Shown here in pieces: positions 8,250 to 17,640 of a stretch of 64,000 nucleotides of DNA. The DNA comes from a virus (Duplodnaviria; Caudoviricetes). A program made the position numbers and the translations under genes. The stretch covers positions 47,672 through 111,671 of the IMG/VR virus record IMGVR_UViG_3300046739_000039. One strand, written 5' to 3'. Below the pieces are notes generated by a model. The model was not told where the DNA came from, ran no database searches, and was given only the letters and a program-made list of their open reading frames with translations. The stretch's first letter is position 1. Every line of letters begins with the position of its first letter.

Positions 8250-10649
8250 ATGAGCCAAGGATTTGGTGTTGATATCTATGGTATTGACTACTATGGATAT
8301 TCACAGCCAGCGGACTACAGCGTTGCACCCTTCGTAGCTAAGCAAGCTAATTACGGTGACATCGTACTTTCCTGGGCTTCTCCTAATACAACCTCATGGA
8401 AGTTTCTGGAACTGGTTAGAAGTACATATGGGTACCCTAACCGTCCAGAAGACGGAGTAGTACTTACGACCATCACCCCCGGAACTATGGTGCGAACCTA
8501 TGATGATCCGGGGCTTGATGCTGGAACAATTTATTACTACGCAATGTTTATTACCATTGAGGCTCCTACATGGAGTTCAGGATCTACCTACGTATTAAAT
8601 CAACAAGTGCTATTCAATGGTCTTTACTGGACTAGTACACAGAATGGAAACATCAACCACACCCCTGCGGCAGGGTCGTCCTTCTGGTCACCTACGGAAT
8701 ACGTTCCTTCATGGTATCCAGCAGGCTTTGCAGCGACACTAGCTCTGGGTAATCAGGGTTATACTAATCTGCTTTACTACAGAACCCCCCAGCCGTATAA
8801 GACAACCACATCCGATACCTTCTCAACTGTTGAAGTTGACAACCAGTCGCTGTACAACTACGAATCCCTATTCGGATTCGGTCTGGATATGATTAAAGCT
8901 GAATACGATTCATACCTAGAATTGAGTGATGCGGATACCGTCTCGGCTGCTCACCTGGATATGTTAGGACAGCAGCTAGGTATTAATACTGACTACCTGT
9001 CTACTCCTCAGCAGAGAAGACAGCGTATTAAGAATGCCGCAGTTAACTACCGCATTAAGGGACAGACACAAAGCATTCACAATATTATCGCTGAGCTAGC
9101 TGGTTGGGATTCCGAAATTACAATAGGCGCCAACATGTATAACAGCGCTGATCAAACTGCATTCATTCACCCAGCGTATGACAAGTGGAATCTTAATTCC
9201 ACGTACTTCCCAGGTCAGCAGATTCAGTACAATGGATACAACTACAACTGTACGACTCAGGCCAAGGGGCAGGCACAGGCTCCTACAGGAACCACAGCGT
9301 CTAACACTTGGTGGTCCGCCGCTCAGATTTATATTCTGGACAACACAGTCAATAAGAATCCACAGACTAACGCTTATTCCACCTGGGGATTCACAGGATT
9401 GAGCGGTACTACTGGCAGCATGGAAGGTGTCCGTACTGGACTGCCACACCCTACTGATACGACTATCAACTACTGGGGAGCACTGTCCTCTAAAGCTACC
9501 AACAACCCTGGAAACAGTTTCTATAACTTGGATTCCACATTCAAGTTGAATACACCTAACTATGCAGCAGGTACAAACTATGTAATCAATAACTCTGTTC
9601 TGTACACTGACGGCTATTACTATCTAGCATTGAAGCCGTCTGGACCTGGTACCCCTTACGGAGCCAAGACTCCCGGTACTGATCAGAACTTCTGGAAGCC
9701 GTTCTACTATGTGACTACAGATACACCTAACATTGTTAGAGATGGTGTACCTATTCAGCAGTTGGAGCAGTGGAATACGGCTACTACATATCAGCCTGGT
9801 GACTATGTTCAGTACAACGGTATTACTTATCTGTGCCAGCAGACCAATCTAAACTCTGCGCCTACCGGATACTACTATTCCAATGCCGGATGGGTATTTA
9901 TCTCTCCTTCTCAGAAGACCGTAGTTACTTCGTCTTATTGGGCTCGTAAGGTAAATGACGCGGGAGCGAATACAACTGTTACTCCATTCTTGTATTTCTA
10001 TGACAAGAAGGGTAAGCTTATTAATAACACCTCTGTTAACTACTCAGGCTATAACGTAGGCTCTGAAGGTGTATTGGCTCGAATGGTAGCTGACTACACA
10101 GACCTGCATGGAACTACTGAGACGTCTATTGCTAACGCGAATACAGATGGAACAATCCATACGGGTACCTGGTTTGGTAGTGGAACCGCTGGAACAATGG
10201 CTAACGTCTGGTTCAGCAGTTATGGTATGGCTGCGGTGAATCAATTCATCACTGGAACTCTTACGTATCAATACCTAACCATTGATGCTGGGGCTCCTTT
10301 CGGTAGATTTGCTATGACCTTCCTCACTGATTATGTCGATACAGCTCATAAGACTCACGGATTAGTATTTGGTATGCTTAACGCTAGCAATTTCTTTTAC
10401 GTGACAAGAACAAGTCTGCGTAAGGTAGTAGCAGGAGTGGACAGTCTTATAGCTTCATGGACTCGTTTGTCCAATGGAGATCGAATTGTTGTAGACGCTG
10501 GACTTGACGTAGACGTTTATAAGTACAGCCGCACAGGTGACGGTGCCCTAACACGTATCGCGCACTCAGTAGGAACTGGTCCAGGCGACACAGGAACTGT
10601 CGGCCGAACTGGCTATATTCACAAGTACTCAGCAACTGGAGCACTCTAA
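8250..10649 (+). CDS. Baseplate/tail protein with gpI-like domain and four CBM5/12-like repeats
   Basis: HLDMLGQQLGI...RRQRIKNA..NYRIKG (P2 gpI-like); four W/Y...TY..G..V.YNG..Y repeats. Confidence 0.7.
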   Translation: MSQGFGVDIYGIDYYGYSQPADYSVAPFVAKQANYGDIVLSWASPNTTSWKFLELVRSTYGYPNRPEDGVVLTTITPGTMVRTYDDPGLDAGTIYYYAMFITIEAPTWSSGSTYVLNQQVLFNGLYWTSTQNGNINHTPAAGSSFWSPTEYVPSWYPAGFAATLALGNQGYTNLLYYRTPQPYKTTTSDTFSTVEVDNQSLYNYESLFGFGLDMIKAEYDSYLELSDADTVSAAHLDMLGQQLGINTDYLSTPQQRRQRIKNAAVNYRIKGQTQSIHNIIAELAGWDSEITIGANMYNSADQTAFIHPAYDKWNLNSTYFPGQQIQYNGYNYNCTTQAKGQAQAPTGTTASNTWWSAAQIYILDNTVNKNPQTNAYSTWGFTGLSGTTGSMEGVRTGLPHPTDTTINYWGALSSKATNNPGNSFYNLDSTFKLNTPNYAAGTNYVINNSVLYTDGYYYLALKPSGPGTPYGAKTPGTDQNFWKPFYYVTTDTPNIVRDGVPIQQLEQWNTATTYQPGDYVQYNGITYLCQQTNLNSAPTGYYYSNAGWVFISPSQKTVVTSSYWARKVNDAGANTTVTPFLYFYDKKGKLINNTSVNYSGYNVGSEGVLARMVADYTDLHGTTETSIANANTDGTIHTGTWFGSGTAGTMANVWFSSYGMAAVNQFITGTLTYQYLTIDAGAPFGRFAMTFLTDYVDTAHKTHGLVFGMLNASNFFYVTRTSLRKVVAGVDSLIASWTRLSNGDRIVVDAGLDVDVYKYSRTGDGALTRIAHSVGTGPGDTGTVGRTGYIHKYSATGAL

Positions 10650-13055
10650 ATGGCATATCCAAAAATTAATACACTAACCGATATCTTCCAGCCTGATGGA
10701 TTTGGTTTCTTCGGATTCGGAGATGGCGGATTCGGTGGAACGTATGAGCTGATCAATCCTCAATGGAACACCAATAGTGGTAGTTTTGGATTTGACCCTA
10801 TTAAGATGCTTCCATTCGTAGAGGCTACTGACACGCCTAGCTATGTCGGTGCCTCGCTGTATGATCTTACGCAGAGTAGTTTCTTTGCGAAGATTACTCC
10901 TGCACCTGCGGGTAACGGAAGTATTCAAACTGGATTGCTCATTAGGTTCGATAGACACAACTATGTTGAAATCTCTTACGGACCTAATGGGCAGTTCAAT
11001 GCCTACGTTTCTAATAACTCGAATGTAACTACTACAGCAATGCCTATTTACGATCCAGTAGCACATGCTTATTGGAGAATTCGTAATGAAGACCCTGCAA
11101 ATATCTTCTTTGATACCTCTCCTGACGGAAGCACTTGGACTGAACAAGGTCACGTCGGATTCGATTGGGATATCTCCGCAGTTACTGTATCGATTTTTGC
11201 GGGATTCAATGCCATCGAGAATCCAGGTAACCTAGCATATGTGTCGAATGTAAATGTACCGGCAACCAGTTTGCAGTTGAAGGGTCACGTCAATAGCGTT
11301 ACCTCTATTACTGGTGGGTATATCGTCACAGATCCTAATGCACTTTCCGGTAGTCTGAACGCCTCAGCGGGCTTCAGAGGCAAGTTCACAGCCACCCTGG
11401 GTATTCCTGAGGGAGGCATGTCGGACTTCGCTTACAACATCAACCTGCAAGCTGTAGACCCCTTGATTCTGAATCAGTGGACTCCTTCCAACTACCTGAA
11501 CTTCACGGGTACTAGTTCCACATTGAACTCTGCCAGTTGGCAGCGTGAGTTTAATGCTTTCCAAATTCCTATGCCTTATAGAGATGGAAGCTACTTCCAG
11601 CCTGCTGCATACGCTGATACTCAATACAACGTCAGCTTCTCTCCTGACATTACGAATCAGAATCTGATGACTAGTGTTCAGATGGAAACTACAACCGGTC
11701 TTGATAACCGTCTGCCATTAGTGGCATCCATTTATCAAGATGGCTGTGCGTACTCTCCGGGGTCAGGAGTAACCTCTATCACCCGTAGCACTGAGCACCC
11801 ATTGAACGGTCAGTACTCTGGAAAGATTGTTAGCTCTACAAGTGCAGGAACTCTCGGTGACGGTACGTTCTCATACTGGGTAATTCCACAGAGAAAGGCT
11901 TTGACCAAGGTTCGTTTCGATCCATTAGGAACTCCGGAGGCATTGTTTGGAAGTGTTTACTTCTCTACAACGCGCTCCAATACTATTTGGTTTGCCGGAC
12001 TTGTTTATTACGATGCGAACTACAACATCATGTCAGCATCCACACACCTTCAAGCGCTTATCCCAGGTAAGTCAACACATCCTGGTGGTGGCGTTTGGCG
12101 TCAGGCAACAGTGTACGCAACCAACGTTCCGGCTACGGCTGTATATGTAAGTGTTGTTCCTTTCATTCAGACCAATACCGTGACTCCTCCGTCAGAGGTT
12201 TCATATATCAGTAACAACTTTATTACTACTGCGTCTATTGGATTTACTGAAGTACCATCTACTTACGAGCACCCTAAAACAGCTCATATTGATGTGAAGG
12301 CAGACAGAGTAAACTACGTTCTCAATTCTGGATTCAATACTGGAACTACGAACTGGTTCCAAGGAAATGTTGGTATTACCGGAACTCCTAACTCTGCAAC
12401 GCTAGCGTGGGACAACTCAGTGGGTTACCGCTCAGTAGGTTCTCTGCGAATGAGTCTGACTCCTCCAAGTGGGACGTATACGGGTGGTAGTACCTCCAAG
12501 ATCGGGGCATCTACACAGGCTAACTTCAATGGCGGAAGCCGTCAACCTATCGTCCAAGGGTTGAAGGTAGGACATACCTACACGATCTCCGCATGGATCA
12601 AACAGGGAACAAATTGTCCAGACGTCCTTATGGATTTCCGAGACAGCAATGGTTTAGGTGTTGGTGGTGTAAGTGTGAATACCCAGAAGATAACCAATCC
12701 AGAGAATATCGATGGAACATGGACAAGGATTCAGTTTACTTACACAATTCCTCCAACAGGTCTGAGTGAGTATTACATGTACTTCTACGTTCTATTCCCA
12801 AGTCTTTCTCAGGCCCCATTCTCATACTGGGTTGATTCAATTATGGTTGAAGAAACTACCGCAGCTTATGAAGGCTACTTTGATGGAGGCTTTGCCTCTG
12901 CTGATTACAAGTGGGAATCTGGTGGAGCAGCCAATAACAGTAGATCTTATTTCTATAAGGATTACAACAACAAGCTACTTAGATTGAACAATGCTCTCCC
13001 TACAGTTCTACCTGTAGGTGAGTATTACTCATTACTATTTGCTCAACCTATTTAA
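10650..13055 (+). CDS. Tail fibre/receptor-binding protein with carbohydrate-binding-like domains
   Basis: GFGFFGFGDGGFGG N-terminus; RVNYVLNSGF...W; G.TYTISAWIK; WTRI..T; D.IMVEE...YFDG. Confidence 0.65.
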   Translation: MAYPKINTLTDIFQPDGFGFFGFGDGGFGGTYELINPQWNTNSGSFGFDPIKMLPFVEATDTPSYVGASLYDLTQSSFFAKITPAPAGNGSIQTGLLIRFDRHNYVEISYGPNGQFNAYVSNNSNVTTTAMPIYDPVAHAYWRIRNEDPANIFFDTSPDGSTWTEQGHVGFDWDISAVTVSIFAGFNAIENPGNLAYVSNVNVPATSLQLKGHVNSVTSITGGYIVTDPNALSGSLNASAGFRGKFTATLGIPEGGMSDFAYNINLQAVDPLILNQWTPSNYLNFTGTSSTLNSASWQREFNAFQIPMPYRDGSYFQPAAYADTQYNVSFSPDITNQNLMTSVQMETTTGLDNRLPLVASIYQDGCAYSPGSGVTSITRSTEHPLNGQYSGKIVSSTSAGTLGDGTFSYWVIPQRKALTKVRFDPLGTPEALFGSVYFSTTRSNTIWFAGLVYYDANYNIMSASTHLQALIPGKSTHPGGGVWRQATVYATNVPATAVYVSVVPFIQTNTVTPPSEVSYISNNFITTASIGFTEVPSTYEHPKTAHIDVKADRVNYVLNSGFNTGTTNWFQGNVGITGTPNSATLAWDNSVGYRSVGSLRMSLTPPSGTYTGGSTSKIGASTQANFNGGSRQPIVQGLKVGHTYTISAWIKQGTNCPDVLMDFRDSNGLGVGGVSVNTQKITNPENIDGTWTRIQFTYTIPPTGLSEYYMYFYVLFPSLSQAPFSYWVDSIMVEETTAAYEGYFDGGFASADYKWESGGAANNSRSYFYKDYNNKLLRLNNALPTVLPVGEYYSLLFAQPI

Positions 13056-13070
13056 TAACAGTTAATAACT

Positions 13071-13107
13071 AAGAAGAGAGATATAGATAATCTATATCTC
13101 TCTTCTT
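13071..13107. terminator. Perfect 18-bp inverted repeat in an AT-rich spacer; terminator of the tail operon (or other DNA element)
   Basis: AAGAAGAGAGATATAGAT-A-ATCTATATCTCTCTTCTT followed by TATTTAT. Confidence 0.55.
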
Positions 13108-13128
13108 TATTTATATAAGTATATATAG

Positions 13129-13157
13129 AGGGTAGTCCAGTACCACAGGTCTGTCAA
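13129..13157 (-). promoter_or_regulatory. Candidate leftward sigma70-type promoter
   Basis: TTGACA (13152-13157)-N17-TACCCT (13129-13134) on the minus strand. Confidence 0.4.
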
Positions 13158-13193
13158 GTCTGCTATGCTGTGTGCCCTACCTAAGGAGACCGA

Positions 13194-13457
13194 ATGAATT
13201 TCATAGCCGTGATTCTCATGGCTGCGTACGTGTGGTTATTCGTAAGCAACTTTACAACACGCGTACCTGGGTGGTTGATCCACTTGACAGTGATCCCCAT
13301 CATCGCCTATCTTGCTCTACATGCACCGCACGACACACAGAACATCCTGGGTGTTGCTGGTGGTGTAATGCTGGTACAGTCGTTCTTCAAGAACGATACG
13401 TCCGCACCCAAGAGCCCTGTCAAGAGACGGAGATCCAATATACCTCCGCCCCCTTGA
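13194..13457 (+). CDS. Small membrane protein (3 hydrophobic segments, basic C-tail); holin candidate
   Basis: AAGGAG RBS; hydrophobic helices; KSPVKRRR tail; follows tail genes. Confidence 0.5.
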   Translation: MNFIAVILMAAYVWLFVSNFTTRVPGWLIHLTVIPIIAYLALHAPHDTQNILGVAGGVMLVQSFFKNDTSAPKSPVKRRRSNIPPPP

Positions 13458-13482
13458 CAGATCCGCAGAGACTATCTACAGT
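13454..13482 (+). promoter_or_regulatory. Housekeeping-sigma promoter for the middle-gene block
   Basis: TTGACA-N17-TACAGT, then AGGAGG RBS and ATG 13515. Confidence 0.65.
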
Positions 13483-13514
13483 CGTAATCACTTAAACATC
13501 TACAGGAGGCAAAC

Positions 13515-14510
13515 ATGACCCGCGACTTCAGTAAGGACCTGACGATCATGGTCGCAGGTTCCGGCAACGCTACCATGACTCATCTTGAAGAGTCTCTGGC
13601 TGAGTGGATCTTTGGATCTGTTGACGAGCGAGAGGTGCACGTGATTCTTCCCGTGCTCTCTGAGATGGGTCCGGGCGTCCGGAATCTCATCAAGCTCGGT
13701 ATGGAATGGGAGTTCAAGTTCACTGTTATTCAGGCCAAGGATGCGCCTATGACTCGTGAACTGTCTGGAGTTCCTGAGGATTCCTTTGTCCGCATGGATG
13801 GAGAGCGTGAAGCATTGGAGCATGGTCTGTCGCTTCTGACGGAGCGTGACAAGGCTGGAGATGAGACTGCTTTCTTCCTGGCCTATGATCCGAAGAGCAC
13901 CTATGAGCAGGGTAATCCTGCTCTCTCTGACTTTGAGATCATTGGAGATGCTAAGAATTACCAGTGGCTCACCACTCTGAATCTCTGTGAGGGTCTTATC
14001 GATTCCTTTGAGGGATTCGAGACTACTGATGAGATGCTTAAGAGGGAACGTCTTCAGCGTGAGTTTGAGGACAAGCAGCGAGCAGAAGAGGCTGCTAAGC
14101 CTAAGCCTGCTAAGAAGGCTGTAGCTACCCGTAAGAGGGCCGTGAAGAAGGTGGAGCCCCAGGAGTCCAAGCCCCTCGTTGCAGAGGCTGAGAAGCCCCT
14201 TCAGGAGCCTTCTGAGGCTAAGACTGAGGACCCGTGGAATGGAGTGAACAAGGGATTCCCTAATCCTCACCGTGAGCCCCTGCCGGGTAACCCTGTGCAT
14301 GACAACAAGCTGTCTGCCAACGTTACTATTGCTGTGCCCACTCCTGACATTCAGGAAGATATTCGTGAGGCACATGCTGAAATTGTCAAGCGTAATACTG
14401 TTGCTGTGTCCCGTGACGATCTGGCTGACCTTAGTCAGAACATCAAGGAACTCTCTTCGGCATTCGGTAACATCATGGATACCTTTACTCGAATCCTTAA
14501 GGACAGCTAA
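13515..14510 (+). CDS. Hypothetical protein (alpha/beta N-domain, K/P/A-rich linker, C-terminal coiled coil)
   Basis: AGGAGG RBS; long ORF with coherent codon usage. Confidence 0.75.
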   Translation: MTRDFSKDLTIMVAGSGNATMTHLEESLAEWIFGSVDEREVHVILPVLSEMGPGVRNLIKLGMEWEFKFTVIQAKDAPMTRELSGVPEDSFVRMDGEREALEHGLSLLTERDKAGDETAFFLAYDPKSTYEQGNPALSDFEIIGDAKNYQWLTTLNLCEGLIDSFEGFETTDEMLKRERLQREFEDKQRAEEAAKPKPAKKAVATRKRAVKKVEPQESKPLVAEAEKPLQEPSEAKTEDPWNGVNKGFPNPHREPLPGNPVHDNKLSANVTIAVPTPDIQEDIREAHAEIVKRNTVAVSRDDLADLSQNIKELSSAFGNIMDTFTRILKDS

Positions 14511-14764
14511 TGTTTCCTCGTAAGAAGCCCATGCTTGAATTCAAGATGAAAGTAACTATCGACCACACGCCGAATCATGTGGTTATTGAATATACGACAC
14601 ACGCAAGGACTGCCACTAAGGCTATTGCTGCTACCTTTACTCACTTCAATGATGAAAAGGTAGTCTGCATTAGTGGTAATGGTAAGAGTAATGTCTATCC
14701 CCGAAGCAGGCTGCTGGGTATTGAGTGTGTCTTTGTAAAGGAATTGGCAAATGACAAAGACTGA
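14510..14764 (+). CDS. Hypothetical protein
   Basis: TAATG coupling. Confidence 0.6.
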   Translation: MFPRKKPMLEFKMKVTIDHTPNHVVIEYTTHARTATKAIAATFTHFNDEKVVCISGNGKSNVYPRSRLLGIECVFVKELANDKD

Positions 14765-15053
14765 TATGGTGGGCCTGGGTTGCCCTGAGCTTCCCGATGG
14801 CTATTACTACAACGTTTATGTTTCAAGCTCTGAGGGAAGTATTTATCTCTCTGTGTATCAGGAACGTAAGCGTATGTGGGACAAGCGTATCTTCAATACC
14901 CATGACTACCCCAGGTACTTCAATGGTGAGCGCGAGGGTATTGACGAGATTATCAAGCGATTGGCTGATGAGTACCAGGACCACGTAGCACGTCGAATCA
15001 AGACAGTGGAATGGTACGCTAACGCCAAGAAGTACAAAGGAGATCATAAGTAG
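14751..15053 (+). CDS. Hypothetical protein
   Basis: AAGGA RBS; tiles with neighbours. Confidence 0.65.
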   Translation: MTKTDMVGLGCPELPDGYYYNVYVSSSEGSIYLSVYQERKRMWDKRIFNTHDYPRYFNGEREGIDEIIKRLADEYQDHVARRIKTVEWYANAKKYKGDHK

Positions 15054-15382
15054 TGGTAAGTGCACGTTGTATGCGAGATATGACCTGCGTATTGGAGAGT
15101 GGTCACAAGGGAAACTGTGAGTTTATCCCGTGGCCTACTGCTGATCAGCTCCGAGAGATGAGCAAGGAGCCTAAGCAGATCGGTGGGACGCACTACAAGA
15201 CCATGGAGATTCAGCCATGGGAGGTGATCGAACGCGCTGAGCTTGACTTCTGGGAAGGTAATGTGGTTAAGTACGTCATGCGCTACCGATCCAAGAACGG
15301 CCTGGAAGATCTTGAGAAGGCCCTTCATTATCTTGAGTACCTAATTGAAAGGGAAAAGAAGAATGCCGAATCCGACATCTGA
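15053..15382 (+). CDS. DUF3310-family protein
   Basis: QIGGTHYK...IQPWEVI....LDFWEGNVVKYVMRY..KNGLEDLEKALHYL. Confidence 0.8.
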   Translation: MVSARCMRDMTCVLESGHKGNCEFIPWPTADQLREMSKEPKQIGGTHYKTMEIQPWEVIERAELDFWEGNVVKYVMRYRSKNGLEDLEKALHYLEYLIEREKKNAESDI

Positions 15383-15653
15383 GTTCGTTATTGAAGTTCT
15401 GATGGATGAGTGGCCTGAGTGGGATGGTAACGAGCTTTACACCACGAAGGAACTTGCCGAATACTTTGGTATTCAGGATTACGTGTCATCCTTCTATGAC
15501 AAGTGGCTGGCTGATATTCCAGAGGCCGAAGAGCCTGGAGGATTTCACTGGTTGTTCATCAGTAAGGGTCTGTACCATCTTCAAGAGGACGGCAGTCCTA
15601 CGGGTGTGTCTATGCGGTTCCGCCACGTTCACGGAGACTGGAGTAAGGCATGA
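15363..15653 (+). CDS. Hypothetical protein
   Basis: ATG 15363 after purine-rich RBS; acidic. Confidence 0.6.
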   Translation: MPNPTSEFVIEVLMDEWPEWDGNELYTTKELAEYFGIQDYVSSFYDKWLADIPEAEEPGGFHWLFISKGLYHLQEDGSPTGVSMRFRHVHGDWSKA

Positions 15654-15769
15654 TTTCTATTCCGCTTAGTTGGCTGATCATCTTCGCCATCTTTGGTGCA
15701 GTTTGTTTCGGTAAGTATCTTGTCCAGGGACTCATTGGTCTGTGGATTGTGTTGAGATGGGGTAAGTAA
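15650..15769 (+). CDS. Small membrane protein (39 aa, not in ORF track)
   Basis: ATGA overlap; MISIPLSWLIIFAIFGAVCFGKYLVQGLIGLWIVLRWGK; fills the gap exactly. Confidence 0.55.
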   Translation: MISIPLSWLIIFAIFGAVCFGKYLVQGLIGLWIVLRWGK

Positions 15770-16165
15770 TTGACAGCCCAGGATATCTGGGACGACCTAT
15801 GGGGATCTCCAAAGAAAGAGGAGGTCCCCGTTAAGTCGTCTTTTAATTCAGTTGAACTAGCTAGGTATTTCCAGGACCAATTCATTGGTGCCAAATGGCA
15901 TTCAGGATTTGGAATGGTTAACCTACAAGCACTGGCAGCACAGTTTGCCAAGTGGAAATCTCGTACTGACTCTGCTACAGTCAGAGCCATGATCGATCTG
16001 TACATGACCGATGAGTCTCTACGTGGGAAGAATCCTGGGTGGACAGACTTCCTTGGACATGCTGAGATGATCAATGCTAAGCTCACAGCTAAGCCGGTCA
16101 AGGATGAGTGGGATCTGATTGAAGAGGAGTGGGAACGAGAGCATGGTAAAGATTCAACTGTCTGA
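15770..16165 (+). CDS. Hypothetical protein, possible replication initiator partner of the adjacent loader
   Basis: TTG start abutting previous stop; immediately upstream of DnaC-like ATPase. Confidence 0.55.
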   Translation: MTAQDIWDDLWGSPKKEEVPVKSSFNSVELARYFQDQFIGAKWHSGFGMVNLQALAAQFAKWKSRTDSATVRAMIDLYMTDESLRGKNPGWTDFLGHAEMINAKLTAKPVKDEWDLIEEEWEREHGKDSTV

Positions 16166-16820
16166 CGAGTTCTATGCACAGCGCTGGGATGGCGCTAATA
16201 TCCCTATCAAGTTCCGGGGAATTCGACTGGCAGACTATCAGTCACCTCACGCTACTGGTCTCCGGGCTAAGGAAGCTGCTGAGGTATTCGTCAATAACTT
16301 TGAGGATCATTATGTTTCAGCAAAGCGTGCGGCGGCGGGTATTTTTCCGGACGACCGTTCTAATATCGGCCGTGGTCTCTTGCTGGCTGGTCGCAATGGT
16401 ACTAGGAAATCTACTCTTGCGAACGCTATTCTGACTGAGGTTCAGTATCGTAGTCCGTCGTACCGTGTCTTCTACATTCGATTCTCTGACTGGAAGAAGG
16501 CATTGACAGACACCTTCACCAAGGAGGATACTGAGGAAAAGGTTAAGGGTCGAAAGATTCTGAAGCTCGTTGAGCTGTCGCACCTGGTTGTCCTTGATGA
16601 CATTGGACAGGAGCACCGTACGTCTTCAGGCTTTACAGAGTCTTCCCTTCACGAACTACTTCGTGTACGCTATGAAGCGGCACGACCCACCATTATCACT
16701 ACGAACATCAGCTTGGCGAAAATTCCTGAGGTATATGACATCTCATTCGACAGTTTCCGCCACGATGCTTTTGACCCTCATGTTATTGTGGGTCCTGACA
16801 CACGAAAGACTGAGGATTAA
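16143..16820 (+). CDS. DnaC/IstB-like AAA+ helicase loader
   Basis: GLLLAGRNGTRKST (variant Walker A), LVVLDDIGQE (Walker B), R.R..A.RPTIITTN. Confidence 0.85.
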   Translation: MVKIQLSDEFYAQRWDGANIPIKFRGIRLADYQSPHATGLRAKEAAEVFVNNFEDHYVSAKRAAAGIFPDDRSNIGRGLLLAGRNGTRKSTLANAILTEVQYRSPSYRVFYIRFSDWKKALTDTFTKEDTEEKVKGRKILKLVELSHLVVLDDIGQEHRTSSGFTESSLHELLRVRYEAARPTIITTNISLAKIPEVYDISFDSFRHDAFDPHVIVGPDTRKTED

Positions 16821-17057
16821 ATGCGGGAATCTCGAAATATATTTGATCTGCTTGGAAAGATTGACTGGGAAGGTGGTATTGCTTCTGTTCTTGAGTATGG
16901 ACTCCAGGACATTGAGGAGTACGACGTTCCCGAGGTTTTGAAGGATGCATGGGCTGATATGGCTGATGTCTATGCTGAATTTGAACTGGCACAAGAGGCA
17001 GTGGCTGATCTACTGCATAAGGCAGAGTACCGATACAACGAGGAGAAGGACTACTGA
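16821..17057 (+). CDS. Hypothetical protein
   Basis: Abuts previous stop; GAGGA RBS. Confidence 0.6.
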   Translation: MRESRNIFDLLGKIDWEGGIASVLEYGLQDIEEYDVPEVLKDAWADMADVYAEFELAQEAVADLLHKAEYRYNEEKDY

Positions 17058-17332
17058 TGGACGCTTACAAGGGAGTAGTTGAGATTATCGGTGCGCTTAC
17101 GGATTACGGGGTTATGCTCCCTGATAATCCGTACGATGCCAAGAACCTTGAGGATGCTCTGGTTGAGTTCCTTGACAGGTTCTTCGATGACGCCTACGAT
17201 GAGGGTCAGGAGGACAACGACGGTCCTGCCTATGACCGTGGCTTTGACCGTGGGTACGACGAAGGCTATAATCGTGGCCAGAAGGAAGGTTACGACGAAG
17301 GGTACGAGAACGGTACCTATCAGAGTCTGTAG
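17057..17332 (+). CDS. Acidic protein with tandem (Y/F)xxG repeats
   Basis: YDRGFDRGYDEGYNRGQKEGYDEGYENG. Confidence 0.6.
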   Translation: MDAYKGVVEIIGALTDYGVMLPDNPYDAKNLEDALVEFLDRFFDDAYDEGQEDNDGPAYDRGFDRGYDEGYNRGQKEGYDEGYENGTYQSL

Positions 17333-17391
17333 TTCCTGTAGGGTCTAAGGTTGCCCCCTTAGGCCCGGCTGGAATTATCGATAGGAGAGAA

Positions 17392-17640
17392 GTGGAACTA
17401 GCCAGTTGGTTCCTAGCTGCGCTGGGTGCCATAGGAGTTTATCTATCAGGTAAGAATAGATGGGGCTGGGCTATTGGTGTTCTCTATCAAGTGCTCTGGA
17501 TTATCTACGCTTACTTTACTCATCAATACGGATTCATAGGGGTCTGTGTTGTGTACGCTGTACTTTATGCCAAGAATTTCTATGAAGGAGAGAAGAGTGA
17601 GCACGATAATCCTGACGACCGGACTTCCGGGATCGGGTAA
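17392..17640 (+). CDS. Small membrane protein (PnuC-like fragment)
   Basis: AGGAG RBS; G.YL.GK.RWGWAIG...Q.LW..Y. Confidence 0.5.
   Translation: MELASWFLAALGAIGVYLSGKNRWGWAIGVLYQVLWIIYAYFTHQYGFIGVCVVYAVLYAKNFYEGEKSEHDNPDDRTSGIG

Noticed and set aside
17190-17320. Tandem DNA repeat in the YDxG-coding region
   Set aside because: The periodicity is at peptide level with divergent codons; a common low-complexity GxxxG motif, not a DNA array.
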